NCBI GenBank assembly: GCA_046293175.1
Contig: JBKBPM010000001.1
Coordinates: 4,484-68,483 of the forward strand
Reading direction: 5' to 3'
Length of the DNA stretch: 64,000 nt
Source: Minisyncoccia bacterium
GTDB taxonomy: Bacteria > Patescibacteriota > Minisyncoccia > Phycocordibacterales > UBA918
Positions 37,410 through 48,284 of the stretch are shown here, one piece after another. The position numbers were made by a program, and so were the translations under genes. The notes under the pieces were generated by a model that saw only the letters and a program-made list of their open reading frames with translations, did no database searches and had not been told where the DNA came from. Every line of letters starts with the position of its first letter. Position 1 is the first letter of the stretch.

Positions 37410-38198
37410 ATGAAGACAATTATTAACACGGTACCTAAACTAGCCTGGGAACTCTCTGGACATTCAATTTTAGCGACATTGATACTCAGTTGTCGACTCA
37501 GTTATTTTTATATCACCCGGTATTATTGGCCGGCCTGGGGCGATTTTTCAATCACTGTGTATGTGACAAGAAAAGCTCAATTGTTCACGCTTCATAGTTT
37601 TTTGGATGTCGCAGGCCTCGCTGAAGCATTTGTTGATAAAGAGTATTCGTTTGACGGAATTGATGAAGTCAAAACAATTTTAGATATCGGTGGACACATT
37701 GGTGACAGTACACTCTATTTTCGGATGAAGTATCCAAAAGTCACTATTTTTGTGGTGGAGCCAGCGACAGAAACGTTGAAGTATTTACGCAAAAATTTTG
37801 CTAACGATGACAAGGTAAAAATTATTCAAGGCGCATTGGCGGCTACTTCAGGGTATCTAGAACTACAAATTACAAAAAATTCTATGGGTCACTCCCTGAA
37901 ATCGCGCTCTTCTGGAGTTGGTCATGAGACAGTTAAAACTCATACGCTATCGGATATCTGTAGTCTGGCGGGGGTGTCTAAATTTGATATCACAAAATTT
38001 GATATTGAAGGCGGTGAAGATGCATTATTAAGTATCAAACCAAATACATATAGCCGGGCCTATATTGGAGAAATTCATCTTGACCTCCTGCCGGGTGTGT
38101 CACTCGAAGATTACAAAACTGTATTCAAAGATGCTTCAGTGACCTTCACAAACACAAAACACCAAAAGCGATATATAATGAGAGCCCTGTATGCATAA
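37410..38198 (+). CDS. FkbM-family methyltransferase
   Basis: LDIGGHIG, VEP, KFDIEGGE. Confidence 0.88.
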   Translation: MKTIINTVPKLAWELSGHSILATLILSCRLSYFYITRYYWPAWGDFSITVYVTRKAQLFTLHSFLDVAGLAEAFVDKEYSFDGIDEVKTILDIGGHIGDSTLYFRMKYPKVTIFVVEPATETLKYLRKNFANDDKVKIIQGALAATSGYLELQITKNSMGHSLKSRSSGVGHETVKTHTLSDICSLAGVSKFDITKFDIEGGEDALLSIKPNTYSRAYIGEIHLDLLPGVSLEDYKTVFKDASVTFTNTKHQKRYIMRALYA

Positions 38199-38829
38199 AA
38201 TATCCCCGCATTACTCAATTATTCGAACCGCTGAGTACAAAGCTCTAGAGAAGCTTTTGATGAACGGAAAGATTCTAGACGTTGGTGGAGGCAAGAATAC
38301 CGCCTACCACCACATCATTAAAGGAGAACATACCTTCACGGTCATTAACCTCGACGAAAATTCACAACCTGACTTTATTGTTGATATTGAAAAGTCATTT
38401 CCATTTGAGAATGGTGTATTTGATCACTGTGTTTGTCTTAATGTACTTGAGCATGTCTGGCTGTACGAAAACGCTTTTAGTGAAATGGTTCGGGTGACCA
38501 AGACGGGCGGTACGATAGTTATAACTACACCATTTATGCACCATATTCATGGTTCACCGGATGACTATCTGCGGTACACACCATCAGTCTATAAGAGAAT
38601 CGTTGAGCGATATGATTGTGAAGTCGTTTCAATTGAAGCTACCGGGCAGGGACTTTTTTCGGTTGTCTACCAATCAATCTTTATTGGGATTCCAACCAAG
38701 ACACTTAGGTATATTGGAAAGAAAATTGCCGTAGGTCTAGACAGCTTCTTTTCCACTCTTTCAAAACGTTATCGCAAAATGGCGGAGACTTTACCGCTTG
38801 GTTACATTGTGATCATAAAAAAGAAGTAG
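38191..38829 (+). CDS. Class I SAM-dependent methyltransferase
   Basis: LDVGGG, NVLEH, HGSPDDYLRYT. Confidence 0.88.
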   Translation: MHKISPHYSIIRTAEYKALEKLLMNGKILDVGGGKNTAYHHIIKGEHTFTVINLDENSQPDFIVDIEKSFPFENGVFDHCVCLNVLEHVWLYENAFSEMVRVTKTGGTIVITTPFMHHIHGSPDDYLRYTPSVYKRIVERYDCEVVSIEATGQGLFSVVYQSIFIGIPTKTLRYIGKKIAVGLDSFFSTLSKRYRKMAETLPLGYIVIIKKK

Positions 38830-38866
38830 TCACTTTTTGGTGGTCAAGAAGGTAATAGGTTGATAT

Positions 38867-39814
38867 ATGAACATACTCGTCACCGGTGGAGCCGGATTTA
38901 TTGGCAACGCATTTACGCTAAAAGCAGTGGCCGAGGGGCATACGGTGACAGTCATCGATAACATGAATAGTTACTATGACCGCAGTCTCAAAGAGGCGCG
39001 TCGGGCGCGCTTGCCAGAGACAGTTACCTTTGTAGAAGGTGATATTACCGACCGTGCACTCCTCACTCGACTCTGCGAAGGAGAGCATTTTGACGCAATT
39101 GGTCACTTTGCGGCGCAGGCCGGGGTACGGTATTCGCTCGAACACCCTGAGGTGTATGTCGAGAGTAATTATGTGGGGACCTTTACGATTCTTGATGTTG
39201 CTCGCCTTTGTGGTATCACAAAAATTGTCATGGCGTCGACTTCGTCGGTCTATGGCGATGATACCCCTACTCCGTTTGTGGAGACAGCACCAGCTAGTCA
39301 CCCGGTATCCATTTATGCCGCGACGAAGCGTGGGGTAGAGATCTTGGCCTCGACCTACGCCCATCTCTACCAGATGGAGATTACGGCCCTGCGCTTCTTT
39401 ACGGTATATGGTCCGTGGGGGAGACCAGACATGGCCCTCTTTCATTTCACCAAACAAATGTTGGCCGGTGAACAGATTCCTGTCTACAACAACGGGCAGA
39501 TGCGCCGGGATTTTACCTACGTTGATGATATTGTCGACGGCTTTTACCGCGCAGTGACTACTTCCATCCCCGGATACACCGTCATGAATATTGGCAATGG
39601 GCAGCCGGTTGAACTGATGGACTTTATCCGACACCTTGAGTCCGCTCTTGGTGTAGAGGCGAAGATAGACTTTAAACCAATGCAGGCTGGGGATGTGCAT
39701 GAGACGTATGCTGATATCAGCCAAGCCAAAGAGAAGCTGGGATATGACCCAAAGACTGATATTAAGCAAGGAATCATATCTTTTGTCGAGTGGTACCGTA
39801 GTTATTATCAGTAG
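38867..39814 (+). CDS. UDP-glucuronate 4-epimerase (CapI/WbgU-like)
   Basis: AAQAGVRYS, YAATK, RFFTVYGPWGRPDMA. Confidence 0.9.
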   Translation: MNILVTGGAGFIGNAFTLKAVAEGHTVTVIDNMNSYYDRSLKEARRARLPETVTFVEGDITDRALLTRLCEGEHFDAIGHFAAQAGVRYSLEHPEVYVESNYVGTFTILDVARLCGITKIVMASTSSVYGDDTPTPFVETAPASHPVSIYAATKRGVEILASTYAHLYQMEITALRFFTVYGPWGRPDMALFHFTKQMLAGEQIPVYNNGQMRRDFTYVDDIVDGFYRAVTTSIPGYTVMNIGNGQPVELMDFIRHLESALGVEAKIDFKPMQAGDVHETYADISQAKEKLGYDPKTDIKQGIISFVEWYRSYYQ

Positions 39815-39836
39815 GGCATTATGCTACTATAATGCC

Positions 39837-40490
39837 ATGTCGGATTTTACTTTTTTACTGAAGGAAATTAGCAAAGGTCGCTCAGTGACCCGGTCATTTT
39901 TTAACAATGCGGTGCGCAAGATTTCGGTGCGTGGTAAGGTGATTGATATTGGAGCGGGGAGTAGTCCTCATTACCAGGACCTCATGCTCAAAGAGCCGGG
40001 AGCGGAGTTTGTGAGTATGGATCGCCTTACGGGGGACAGCACCAACTTTGAGACTGATGCGCTGCCGTACGAAACCGCGAGTTTTGATACGGTGATCTCG
40101 ATGAACGTGCTTGAGCATATCTACAATTACAAATGGCACTTTGGTGAACTCGTCCGGATCTTGAAGCCCCAAGGGAAATTCGTGATGTTTGTGCCGTTTT
40201 TGTACATGTACCACCCAGGACATAGTGATGGGCTCCTTGATTGTCACCGCTATACCCGTGATGCACTTGAGCGCATGTGTGCGGAGGTGGGTCTTACCGC
40301 CGAAGTAAAGGAGGTAAGTCGGGGCGTCTGTATCGCAGCGCTTAATATGTGTATCTTGTCGATGCCAAAAATCATCCGGCCTTTCTTCTTTGTACCAGCC
40401 TATCTCCTTGATGGTCTCTTAATCAAATACCGTCCGCTTTACCCGCGTCAGTTTCCACTCGGGTACATGGTGGTAGCCGTAAAAAAATAA
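39837..40490 (+). CDS. Class I SAM-dependent methyltransferase
   Basis: IDIGAG, NVLEH, RILKPQG. Confidence 0.88.
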   Translation: MSDFTFLLKEISKGRSVTRSFFNNAVRKISVRGKVIDIGAGSSPHYQDLMLKEPGAEFVSMDRLTGDSTNFETDALPYETASFDTVISMNVLEHIYNYKWHFGELVRILKPQGKFVMFVPFLYMYHPGHSDGLLDCHRYTRDALERMCAEVGLTAEVKEVSRGVCIAALNMCILSMPKIIRPFFFVPAYLLDGLLIKYRPLYPRQFPLGYMVVAVKK

Positions 40491-40493
40491 TCT

Positions 40494-41522
40494 ATGGTCC
40501 CCATCTATATTTTTAGACGCAAAGATGGTATCAAAGATTCGATTTTGTTGACCCTGATGCAGAGTCAAAATGAGTACGAAGGTGGACTCTTTCAGCAAAT
40601 CAAAACGGCGCCATTTCGTACGCTCGCTACGTTTGTGGGAGAAGGGGAGTCAGCGAAGTATGTGATGATTCCACACAATTATTTTGCTATCGAAAATGAT
40701 ACTGCGTACCTAGAGGAAGCAGCCGCCTATGCGAAACAAATTGGTGCGAAACTCTTTGTCTTTGCCTACGGCGATAGTGCTGAACCGATTGTGATTGATA
40801 ATGCGATTATTATTCGCTCCTCAGCCTACACGTCACGCCTGCGGCCAAACGAAATCATCATGCCGGCCTTTGTGGAGGATATCGGTGAGCAATTCGGAGT
40901 ACACTATCGTGAGAAGACCGTACCGGTACCAACGATTGGTTTTACCGGTTGGGTACGATTCGGAAATTTTAAACAAGAGTATAAGTACCAAATCAAAATC
41001 TGGCGCTCAAAAATGGCTATCTGGTTTGCGGGTGCGCCAAAGCCCTCGCTCCAGGGTCTCTACTACCGTCGCAAAGCCATTGATTACATTAATCGCGCCA
41101 AGCGGGTAACCGGTCGCTTTATCATGCGTGGTTCGTACTCAGGGAGCGCAAAGACAATCGAAGCAGATCCGAGTGTGGTACGCAAGCAATTTGTAGACTC
41201 AATCACCGAGGCGGATTTGTCGCTGGTGGTACGGGGCGACGGCAACTTCTCACTGCGGTTCTTTGAAGTGCTCTCGCTTGGCCGGATTCCGGTGTTTGTG
41301 GATACGGAGACACCACTCCCACGCGTGACAGAGATTGATTACGACTCGTTTATGATTCGGGTTCCGCACGAGCGACTCCATGATATAGAAACTATTGTTG
41401 GTGATTTTTGGGACGCTTGTACCCCTGAGCAATACCAGGCTATGCAGCAAAAAGCCCGTACCATCTTTGAGACGAAGCTTCGAGCTGATCGATTTTACAC
41501 TGACCTTTTTGCCACCCTATGA
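40494..41522 (+). CDS. Exostosin-like (GT47) glycosyltransferase
   Basis: LVVRGDGNFSLRFFEVLSLGRIPV. Confidence 0.8.
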   Translation: MVPIYIFRRKDGIKDSILLTLMQSQNEYEGGLFQQIKTAPFRTLATFVGEGESAKYVMIPHNYFAIENDTAYLEEAAAYAKQIGAKLFVFAYGDSAEPIVIDNAIIIRSSAYTSRLRPNEIIMPAFVEDIGEQFGVHYREKTVPVPTIGFTGWVRFGNFKQEYKYQIKIWRSKMAIWFAGAPKPSLQGLYYRRKAIDYINRAKRVTGRFIMRGSYSGSAKTIEADPSVVRKQFVDSITEADLSLVVRGDGNFSLRFFEVLSLGRIPVFVDTETPLPRVTEIDYDSFMIRVPHERLHDIETIVGDFWDACTPEQYQAMQQKARTIFETKLRADRFYTDLFATL

Positions 41523-42358
41523 GCATTCTTTTTAATGCCTTTATTTCTATCTCTAGTCTCTTTAAAGCACCGCTCTCTGCGCGACGAAAACTTTTGGTGT
41601 TGTGGTGGTACCTCTGTATCTTGGTAGCCTTACCATTCTCTCGACTGACGCGTCAGCGTCGTATTTATTGTGCTGGGTTTGTCATTGAGGGGTTTGATCT
41701 TGCGACATTACGGTTCCTTTACGAAGAAACTTTTTTGCGTCAAGAATACAACGTGCAGCTTCCGAAAGCACCGTACTGTATTGATGCCGGAGCCAATATT
41801 GGTATTGCCACCCTCTTTATCAAGTGGCTCTATCCCGACGCTCACGTACTGGCGATTGAACCAGATCCTGCCACCGTCGCACTCTTGCGCAAGAATATAA
41901 AGCGGAACAAACTCAAGGACGTCACTGTTTTCCATGGTGCGGTTAGTGACCAAGCTGGCCAGTTATCGCTCTTTATTCATCCTACGAAGCAAGGGTCGCT
42001 GAAGATGAGCAACTATGCCCGCAAGGGTATGACGGTTGAAGTACAAGTACCGGCCGAGCGACTGTCGACACTCCTTACTAAAGCTGGGTGGTCACATATC
42101 GATTTTGCCAAGATTGATATTGAAGGAGCAGAGTGGCAGGTTCTCCGTGACCTCACGACTAGCGGCTGGCTCGCCAAAGTAGGACAGTACGTCATCGAAT
42201 ACCATCACCTCATGGGTACCCACGAATCAAAATTCAGTGAGTTCCTCAGGGACTTTGAAGCAGCGGGGTATCTCTACCAAATGAATACCAAGTCGTTGCC
42301 GTATAACCACGCCCCACAGTTTCAGGACGTGCTTCTGTATCTGAAGCGGGCGGTATAA
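41519..42358 (+). CDS. FkbM-family methyltransferase
   Basis: IDAGANIG, IEPDP, KIDIEGAE. Confidence 0.9.
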   Translation: MSILFNAFISISSLFKAPLSARRKLLVLWWYLCILVALPFSRLTRQRRIYCAGFVIEGFDLATLRFLYEETFLRQEYNVQLPKAPYCIDAGANIGIATLFIKWLYPDAHVLAIEPDPATVALLRKNIKRNKLKDVTVFHGAVSDQAGQLSLFIHPTKQGSLKMSNYARKGMTVEVQVPAERLSTLLTKAGWSHIDFAKIDIEGAEWQVLRDLTTSGWLAKVGQYVIEYHHLMGTHESKFSEFLRDFEAAGYLYQMNTKSLPYNHAPQFQDVLLYLKRAV

Positions 42359-42362
42359 CATT

Positions 42363-43514
42363 ATGGCTACTGATACCCGTAGTGTCATTGTCTATGTACT
42401 CCCGAGTCTCGTCGCTTCCGGTGGTATCGAGCGGCAGTTTTTGGCCCAGATGAAAGTGATTGATACGACGAAGTTCGTCATCCATGTAGTAACGCTTTGT
42501 ACCTACCCTGGTCGTGAATCACTCTATGAGCAGCTACCCGAGCATGTGACCGCGCATGAACTAGCGTGGCGGGGTGGGTTTGATGTGAAGACAATTTTTA
42601 GATTGTTTCGTCTCTTACGTCGTCTACGACCGGCGGTAGTAGTATCAAGTATGGTGACCGCAAACACGCTGGTGCGATATCTCCGGCCCTTGGTGGGATA
42701 TAAGGTAATAGCGCGCGAGCATAACACCTACGAAGACAAGACATTACGACACAAAATCCGCGATCATATTGGCGCTTACTTTTCGAGTCGGATTGTCGCG
42801 GTCTCAAAAACAGTGGCTGATTTCTCCTCTCACCAATCATGGATACCAAGGCGTTGGTTTACGGTTATCTACAATGGGATTGATACCAAACGGGTGGCCG
42901 AATTTTTGGCTACGGAAGCACCAATCAAAGTTCCGGCATTACGAGCGGAGTTTGGTTGGAGCGAAGAAACCAAGATGATTCTTAATGTTGCTCGACTCAA
43001 AAAGCACAAAAATCACCGTCTTCTTATTGACGGTTTTGCACTCTACCTCAAAACGCACCCGACTGACGACGTTGTTCTTTGTATTGTCAGCGCCGGCAGT
43101 GAAGAAGCGAACCTTCGTGCGTATATTGCCGAGCTTGGGCTCCAAAACCGCATTGTCTTGACCGGCTACCGCAATGACGTGTATACCTTTTTTGCTGCAG
43201 CCAAGGCCTTCTTTTTGACGTCTGACATTGAAGGATTTCCCAATGTCGCCATTGAAGCGCTTGCGTTTGGCGTACCGGTCGCATCAACTATCGTCCCTGG
43301 TATTGATGAGATTATTGTTGATGGGGAACAGGGGAAACTCTTAGAACGTACCCCGGCCTCGGTTTGTGCTACAATGGACTGGTTTTTTAAGTTATCAGAT
43401 GATGACTATGCGAAGGTAGCAATGCGCGCCAAGGCTACGGCAGCAGCATTTGATATCAAACGGATTGTTGGGGAATACGAAGACTTATTTTGTGAACTGA
43501 TAACGAGAAAATGA
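42363..43514 (+). CDS. GT4 glycosyltransferase
   Basis: GGIERQ, IYNGID, TSDIEGFPNVAIEA. Confidence 0.92.
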   Translation: MATDTRSVIVYVLPSLVASGGIERQFLAQMKVIDTTKFVIHVVTLCTYPGRESLYEQLPEHVTAHELAWRGGFDVKTIFRLFRLLRRLRPAVVVSSMVTANTLVRYLRPLVGYKVIAREHNTYEDKTLRHKIRDHIGAYFSSRIVAVSKTVADFSSHQSWIPRRWFTVIYNGIDTKRVAEFLATEAPIKVPALRAEFGWSEETKMILNVARLKKHKNHRLLIDGFALYLKTHPTDDVVLCIVSAGSEEANLRAYIAELGLQNRIVLTGYRNDVYTFFAAAKAFFLTSDIEGFPNVAIEALAFGVPVASTIVPGIDEIIVDGEQGKLLERTPASVCATMDWFFKLSDDDYAKVAMRAKATAAAFDIKRIVGEYEDLFCELITRK

Positions 43515-43515
43515 T

Positions 43516-44364
43516 ATGAAAGAAATTTGCGGAGACGTTTCAAAAGAAAATAATCTATCAGTACTCGAGAAGACTCAGTATTTTTTTCATAACCTTACCC
43601 GTGGTCTCTACGGGCACCACACCTGGCTTTGGTGCAAACGGTTGCCTGCACCAACCAATTTCAGTAAACGGATTACTGATTCACCGATGCGGTTTTTACT
43701 TGATAATGCCTTTGCTGAAGTAATCAAGCGGTATGTGCCAGCCGCATCGCTGTCAGTATTTGATATTGGGTCAGGAACAGCGTACTACCGGTCAGCCTTG
43801 GCTGCCCTTGGTAAGAGTGGCACCTATACCGGGTTAGATGTGTATCGCCACCCTCGCTATAGTGACGATGCGGTACCAGCCTTTGCGTCATCAATGATTA
43901 TCAGAAAGATTGAGGATCTTGTGCCAACTACCACCTATGATTTGGTGATGAGTATCACTGCCCTTGAGCATATACAAGATGATCAAAAAGCGATTACGCT
44001 CTCGACTGCCTTGGCAGGACAAAATGGGGTGCAGGTACATATTGCGCCGTCATTCCTGTCACTCTTTTTGTATCTGTGGCATGGCTATCGGCAGTACACG
44101 CCGTGGCGGGTAAAACACTTGTTTAAAGGGTTGCCGTATGATGTGTATCGTCTCGGTGGGTGGGGAAGTTTTTTGGTACACTTCCTTTTTATTACCGTAC
44201 CAGAGCGAATTATCGGTTTGCCGTCACCTCGTCGCTTCGCCATCTACCACTACAGTCTGCGGGTTGGTCTCTTTGTAGACCGCCTTATCCCGTTTGGATC
44301 AATCGCCTACATCGTCGTGGTGCGACCACAAAAAACCTATGAATCGTCTTCGACAAAAAATTAA
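43516..44364 (+). CDS. Class I SAM-dependent methyltransferase
   Basis: FDIGSG, ALEHIQDD, HGYRQYT. Confidence 0.82.
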   Translation: MKEICGDVSKENNLSVLEKTQYFFHNLTRGLYGHHTWLWCKRLPAPTNFSKRITDSPMRFLLDNAFAEVIKRYVPAASLSVFDIGSGTAYYRSALAALGKSGTYTGLDVYRHPRYSDDAVPAFASSMIIRKIEDLVPTTTYDLVMSITALEHIQDDQKAITLSTALAGQNGVQVHIAPSFLSLFLYLWHGYRQYTPWRVKHLFKGLPYDVYRLGGWGSFLVHFLFITVPERIIGLPSPRRFAIYHYSLRVGLFVDRLIPFGSIAYIVVVRPQKTYESSSTKN

Positions 44365-45148
44365 ATCACTCACCCAAGCCCAAAAGTTTGGTACTACGTG
44401 GTTGGATCGTGGCTACATCGTAGCGATGTTGTTGTGGCGTCCATTGCGGCGGCGTTTTGGTATCAAGGATACACCGTGCGTATTTCATATCACTATTAAT
44501 GCCACACCACTCTCGGTGACCCTAAATGGTTCGCATGATGAGTTTTTGATTTTTGACGAAATCATGATTCGTCAGGAGTACAACGTACCCGCTCTGAAGA
44601 GTAAAGAGGTGCGACACATTATAGATGCTGGCGCCAATATTGGTCTTGTATCCTTGTTTTATAGTGCCATGTACAAAGATGCGGTGATTCATGCCTATGA
44701 ACCGAATCCTGAGTTATTCCCACGCCTGCGAGCGCAAGTGGCGCAGTGTCCACGGATAGTGCCGCATGAATTGGCACTAGGTGGCCACAGTGGCCAGGTA
44801 CAGTTTTATGTGAATCCAGAAAAAAGCATTGCTTCATCACTGACTCCAAGACCTGATATGCCACTGGTGCCGTACGAAGTGACCGTAGCGGCACTTGATG
44901 AGGTGGTGAGAGAAGCGGGGATGGAGCAGATTGATATTCTTCAGTTTGATATTGAGGGAGCGGAATATGAAATGTTGGCACACTCAACAGCGGCGGCAGC
45001 GAGCCGGGTTTTGATTGGTGAAATCCATGAAGATTTAAGTGGACACAAACTTGAAGATTTTGTGAAGTTGCTTCCACATCATGACGTGACCGTGGCTCCT
45101 GGTCGAAAGGCGGGTCGGTATGTAATCCTTGGTATACACGAAGGATAG
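44339..45148 (+). CDS. FkbM-family methyltransferase
   Basis: IDAGANIG, YEPNP, FDIEGAE. Confidence 0.9.
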   Translation: MNRLRQKIKSLTQAQKFGTTWLDRGYIVAMLLWRPLRRRFGIKDTPCVFHITINATPLSVTLNGSHDEFLIFDEIMIRQEYNVPALKSKEVRHIIDAGANIGLVSLFYSAMYKDAVIHAYEPNPELFPRLRAQVAQCPRIVPHELALGGHSGQVQFYVNPEKSIASSLTPRPDMPLVPYEVTVAALDEVVREAGMEQIDILQFDIEGAEYEMLAHSTAAAASRVLIGEIHEDLSGHKLEDFVKLLPHHDVTVAPGRKAGRYVILGIHEG

Positions 45149-45155
45149 TCTCTGT

Positions 45156-46061
45156 ATGAAAATTTCCATTATTATCGCTACCTACAACCGAGCACAATTG
45201 CTACCAAAAGCAATTGCGAGTGTACTGGCTCAGACCTATCAAAACTGGGAGTTGGTCGTGGTAGATGATGGTTCTACAGATACTACTGACGAGGTGATGC
45301 GGGGGTACACTCACGATCTTCGAATTATCTTCCACCGTTTGTCACAAAATCAAGGAGCGACCGCTGCTCGCAACTATGGCCTTTCAAAAGCAACAGGAGA
45401 TGTACTCATGGTTTGGGATAGTGACGACATACTTTTTCCAGAGGCCTTAGAGCGGGTGACAACATTGTTTGCTGAACAACCAGAAGCGAGTATTATTTCG
45501 GCACACTGCCGGCAAATCAAGCAAGGAGCGGTGATTCCATACACGCCGCTTGCGACCGGTTATAAAAGTGTTGAAGCTATTGTGGCGCGTATATTACCAG
45601 CCAATACAAAAATTCGAGCTGTTAAAAAATCAGTGTTTACTGATGTTCGCTACGAGGCACGAAATATCGACTTCACCGTTAACTGCTATTTAGCAGAACG
45701 GGGACAATGGTATCACAGCAACGAAGAGCTTGGTGAGTTGTATCTCGAGTCTGATACTGTGTCATTGACCACGAGTCGCTATACTTTCAAACCGGGTCGA
45801 TCGATTGAACGGGTTGAACCACTCAAACGATTTTTGACACACTTTAAGACAATTCTCATTAAGCATGCGCCACAACGTCTCGGGGCGCTGTCGTACGGTG
45901 CTTCGATTGGATTACTGTTGATGAAAGAGAAGCGCCAAGCGATTCAGTATGCTTGGCAGGCAGTACGATACGATTGGTCACTGAAACACGCGTTGTGGTT
46001 TTTGTTTGTTCTATTGCCTGGGTCAGGCGTGCTGCTCCGCTTTTACACCGGTGCCACTTAG
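45156..46061 (+). CDS. GT2 glycosyltransferase
   Basis: SIIIATYNRA, VDDGSTD, ARNYG, DSDD. Confidence 0.92.
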   Translation: MKISIIIATYNRAQLLPKAIASVLAQTYQNWELVVVDDGSTDTTDEVMRGYTHDLRIIFHRLSQNQGATAARNYGLSKATGDVLMVWDSDDILFPEALERVTTLFAEQPEASIISAHCRQIKQGAVIPYTPLATGYKSVEAIVARILPANTKIRAVKKSVFTDVRYEARNIDFTVNCYLAERGQWYHSNEELGELYLESDTVSLTTSRYTFKPGRSIERVEPLKRFLTHFKTILIKHAPQRLGALSYGASIGLLLMKEKRQAIQYAWQAVRYDWSLKHALWFLFVLLPGSGVLLRFYTGAT

Positions 46062-47288
46062 TGGACGATAGAAATACCACAAGACAATAAAGAGGCGGGT
46101 TATTTCACAAATAAACATCGCGGCGAGTACGCCAAAGATACCAAAGAGTGGCGTCAGGACGAGGAGCAGAATAATCTTGAGTCCCGGGATAACGGTTTGG
46201 ATAATATAGAGCGCCTTGGTGTCGGCGTGGGCTTTAATCGCTTCTTGCAGTAGGCCAGCCGGGAAGAAGAGTATCAAAAAGGCAAATACCTGTGAGTAGA
46301 TAATTGCTTCGGTATAGCCAGGGACAAAGTAGCTAAACAAGAATGGTGCAACAGCAACATACGCAAGCACAATCCCAATCGAGACGATCAATAGGGCCAG
46401 GAGTTTTGGCATCATGGTCGACTGAAGATGAGTGAGTGATCGCTGGCTAAAACGAGGGAGCGTAATGGTAGTGAGGATTTTGTTGAGATAACGTAGCTGC
46501 TGGGCAGGGGCAATGGCAATCGTGTAGATAGCTAATTGTACCGGACCAAGCACATGCCAGATGACGACCTTATCAAGTTGGTAGGAGACACCACCAAGAA
46601 TGTTCATGAGACTCAGGTGTTTGCCGTAGGTGGTTGATTGATGGTCGCGTTTGTTATTCGGTTTGTAGTGATTGGTGACCACGTAATAGAGCACGATATG
46701 GAGTACGACCTGGCTCACCATATAGACGGCGAAAAGGGTGAGGATGGCAGTCGTGAAATAGAGGGTGATCAGCGATGCGAGTACCGGCACCACATTAATG
46801 AGGATACCAACAATACTGTAGTTCTTGTGGTCATGGCGACCATTGATGAGTGCGGTGTAGAGCGGTAGAGCATTAATGAGTGGGGCAGTGAGAGTGGCGA
46901 CGAGACTCCCCAGACCAATGACGAGGTTGCCTTGCCATAAGTAGTAACCGCTGATACCAAGTCCAAGCGCTACCATCCCAAAGCTGTACCGGAGTGAGGT
47001 TTTGATGCCAGCCTGAAGTTCGCCCTCGTATCCGCGGGCAACTGAGCGGGTGACCGAGGTAGCAAAGCCGGTGAGGGCAATCACACTAATAAAACCAAAG
47101 ATGGTGAGGAGGTACTTGTAGGTACCAAAGTCGTTTTCACTCAGGCTATTCGCTAAAAGCACGGTGAGAACAAGGCTCCCGACACTGCCAATCATCTGAC
47201 CACCAAAAAGCCAGAGCGTGCTCGGGAGATGGGTGCGCAGGGAAAGACGACTACGTCGTTCAATCGCAGAAATGACTCTTGACCACAT
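46023..47288 (-). CDS. Wzx-type oligosaccharide flippase
   Basis: About 12 TM helices, FGTYKY, QLDKVVI..LGPVQLAIY. Confidence 0.85.
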   Translation of the reverse strand: MWSRVISAIERRSRLSLRTHLPSTLWLFGGQMIGSVGSLVLTVLLANSLSENDFGTYKYLLTIFGFISVIALTGFATSVTRSVARGYEGELQAGIKTSLRYSFGMVALGLGISGYYLWQGNLVIGLGSLVATLTAPLINALPLYTALINGRHDHKNYSIVGILINVVPVLASLITLYFTTAILTLFAVYMVSQVVLHIVLYYVVTNHYKPNNKRDHQSTTYGKHLSLMNILGGVSYQLDKVVIWHVLGPVQLAIYTIAIAPAQQLRYLNKILTTITLPRFSQRSLTHLQSTMMPKLLALLIVSIGIVLAYVAVAPFLFSYFVPGYTEAIIYSQVFAFLILFFPAGLLQEAIKAHADTKALYIIQTVIPGLKIILLLVLTPLFGIFGVLAAMFICEITRLFIVLWYFYRPLSGTGVKAEQHA

Positions 47289-47379
47289 AAATATTGGTAT
47301 AGTTTATCAAACTATATAAGAAGACGATACGTTACAAGCCTTTTCATTTCGTTTTTCGTGGGTGTATACTAGGCCTTGT

Positions 47380-48240
47380 ATGGAAAATCAATCAGTCGTG
47401 TGTCTGTCTTGTCAGTCACCACGTGTGACCGTTCTCACACACAACATGAACAAATGCGAGGCTTGCGGTTACTTCTTTGTCGCAGTCCTAGAGCGCGATC
47501 GGCAGCAAGCTAATTTTCAACTTATCACCAATGCACCAGTAGATGCCGCCGCACTCGCGGCCATGAAAAAGAAATATCCTAAAGATAGCCACGCCAAGCG
47601 AAAACTCTACGAAGCGTATGCAGAAAAAGCGCTGGCATGGTATGGACCTGAGGTGGCTATCCTTGATGTCGGAGCTAGTGGCGGATTTTTCCTTCATGAG
47701 GTAGAAAAGCGGGGAGCAAAAAAGGAGAATCTGCGCACCCTTGAGGTCGATCGTACGTACCAGGCAATGACCGAAGAATACTTTGGTTACGAAGGTGATA
47801 TCGAAAATATTGAAACTTACCAAGCGCCACGTCAGTACCATTTGATTACATTGTTTGATGTGCTTGAGCACGTCCATAAGTTTTGGGACGCCCTTGCGAC
47901 GATGCATAACGCGCTTACTCCAGATGGACGCCTCCTTTTAAAGCTCCCGAATGGTCGGTGGGCCTACTTTAAGTATAAGATGGCGATGCTCCTCGGGTGG
48001 CAAAAAAAAGTGCCAGGCTATCTCTACCTCGAACCAGGTGGGCACCTCAACTACTGGAACTACCAGTCCATTAAGACCCTTGAGAAAGCTGGTTTTGAAC
48101 TGGAGTCATTTGTGTACGTTCGTCCGTACAAGGAGCAGTTTGGTTCTCAGTACCCGGTCCGTATCTTGGGATATCGACTTAATGCGCTTTTGGGACTTAA
48201 TTTGTTTCCTGAGTTTATCGCCGTATTCAAGAAAAAATAA
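47380..48240 (+). CDS. Class I methyltransferase with N-terminal Zn-ribbon
   Basis: CLSC...CEAC, LDVGASGG, FDVLEHV. Confidence 0.85.
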   Translation: MENQSVVCLSCQSPRVTVLTHNMNKCEACGYFFVAVLERDRQQANFQLITNAPVDAAALAAMKKKYPKDSHAKRKLYEAYAEKALAWYGPEVAILDVGASGGFFLHEVEKRGAKKENLRTLEVDRTYQAMTEEYFGYEGDIENIETYQAPRQYHLITLFDVLEHVHKFWDALATMHNALTPDGRLLLKLPNGRWAYFKYKMAMLLGWQKKVPGYLYLEPGGHLNYWNYQSIKTLEKAGFELESFVYVRPYKEQFGSQYPVRILGYRLNALLGLNLFPEFIAVFKKK

Positions 48241-48284
48241 CTTTTGTTTGCAATAACGAGTTACATCCGATATAACAGGCACAT

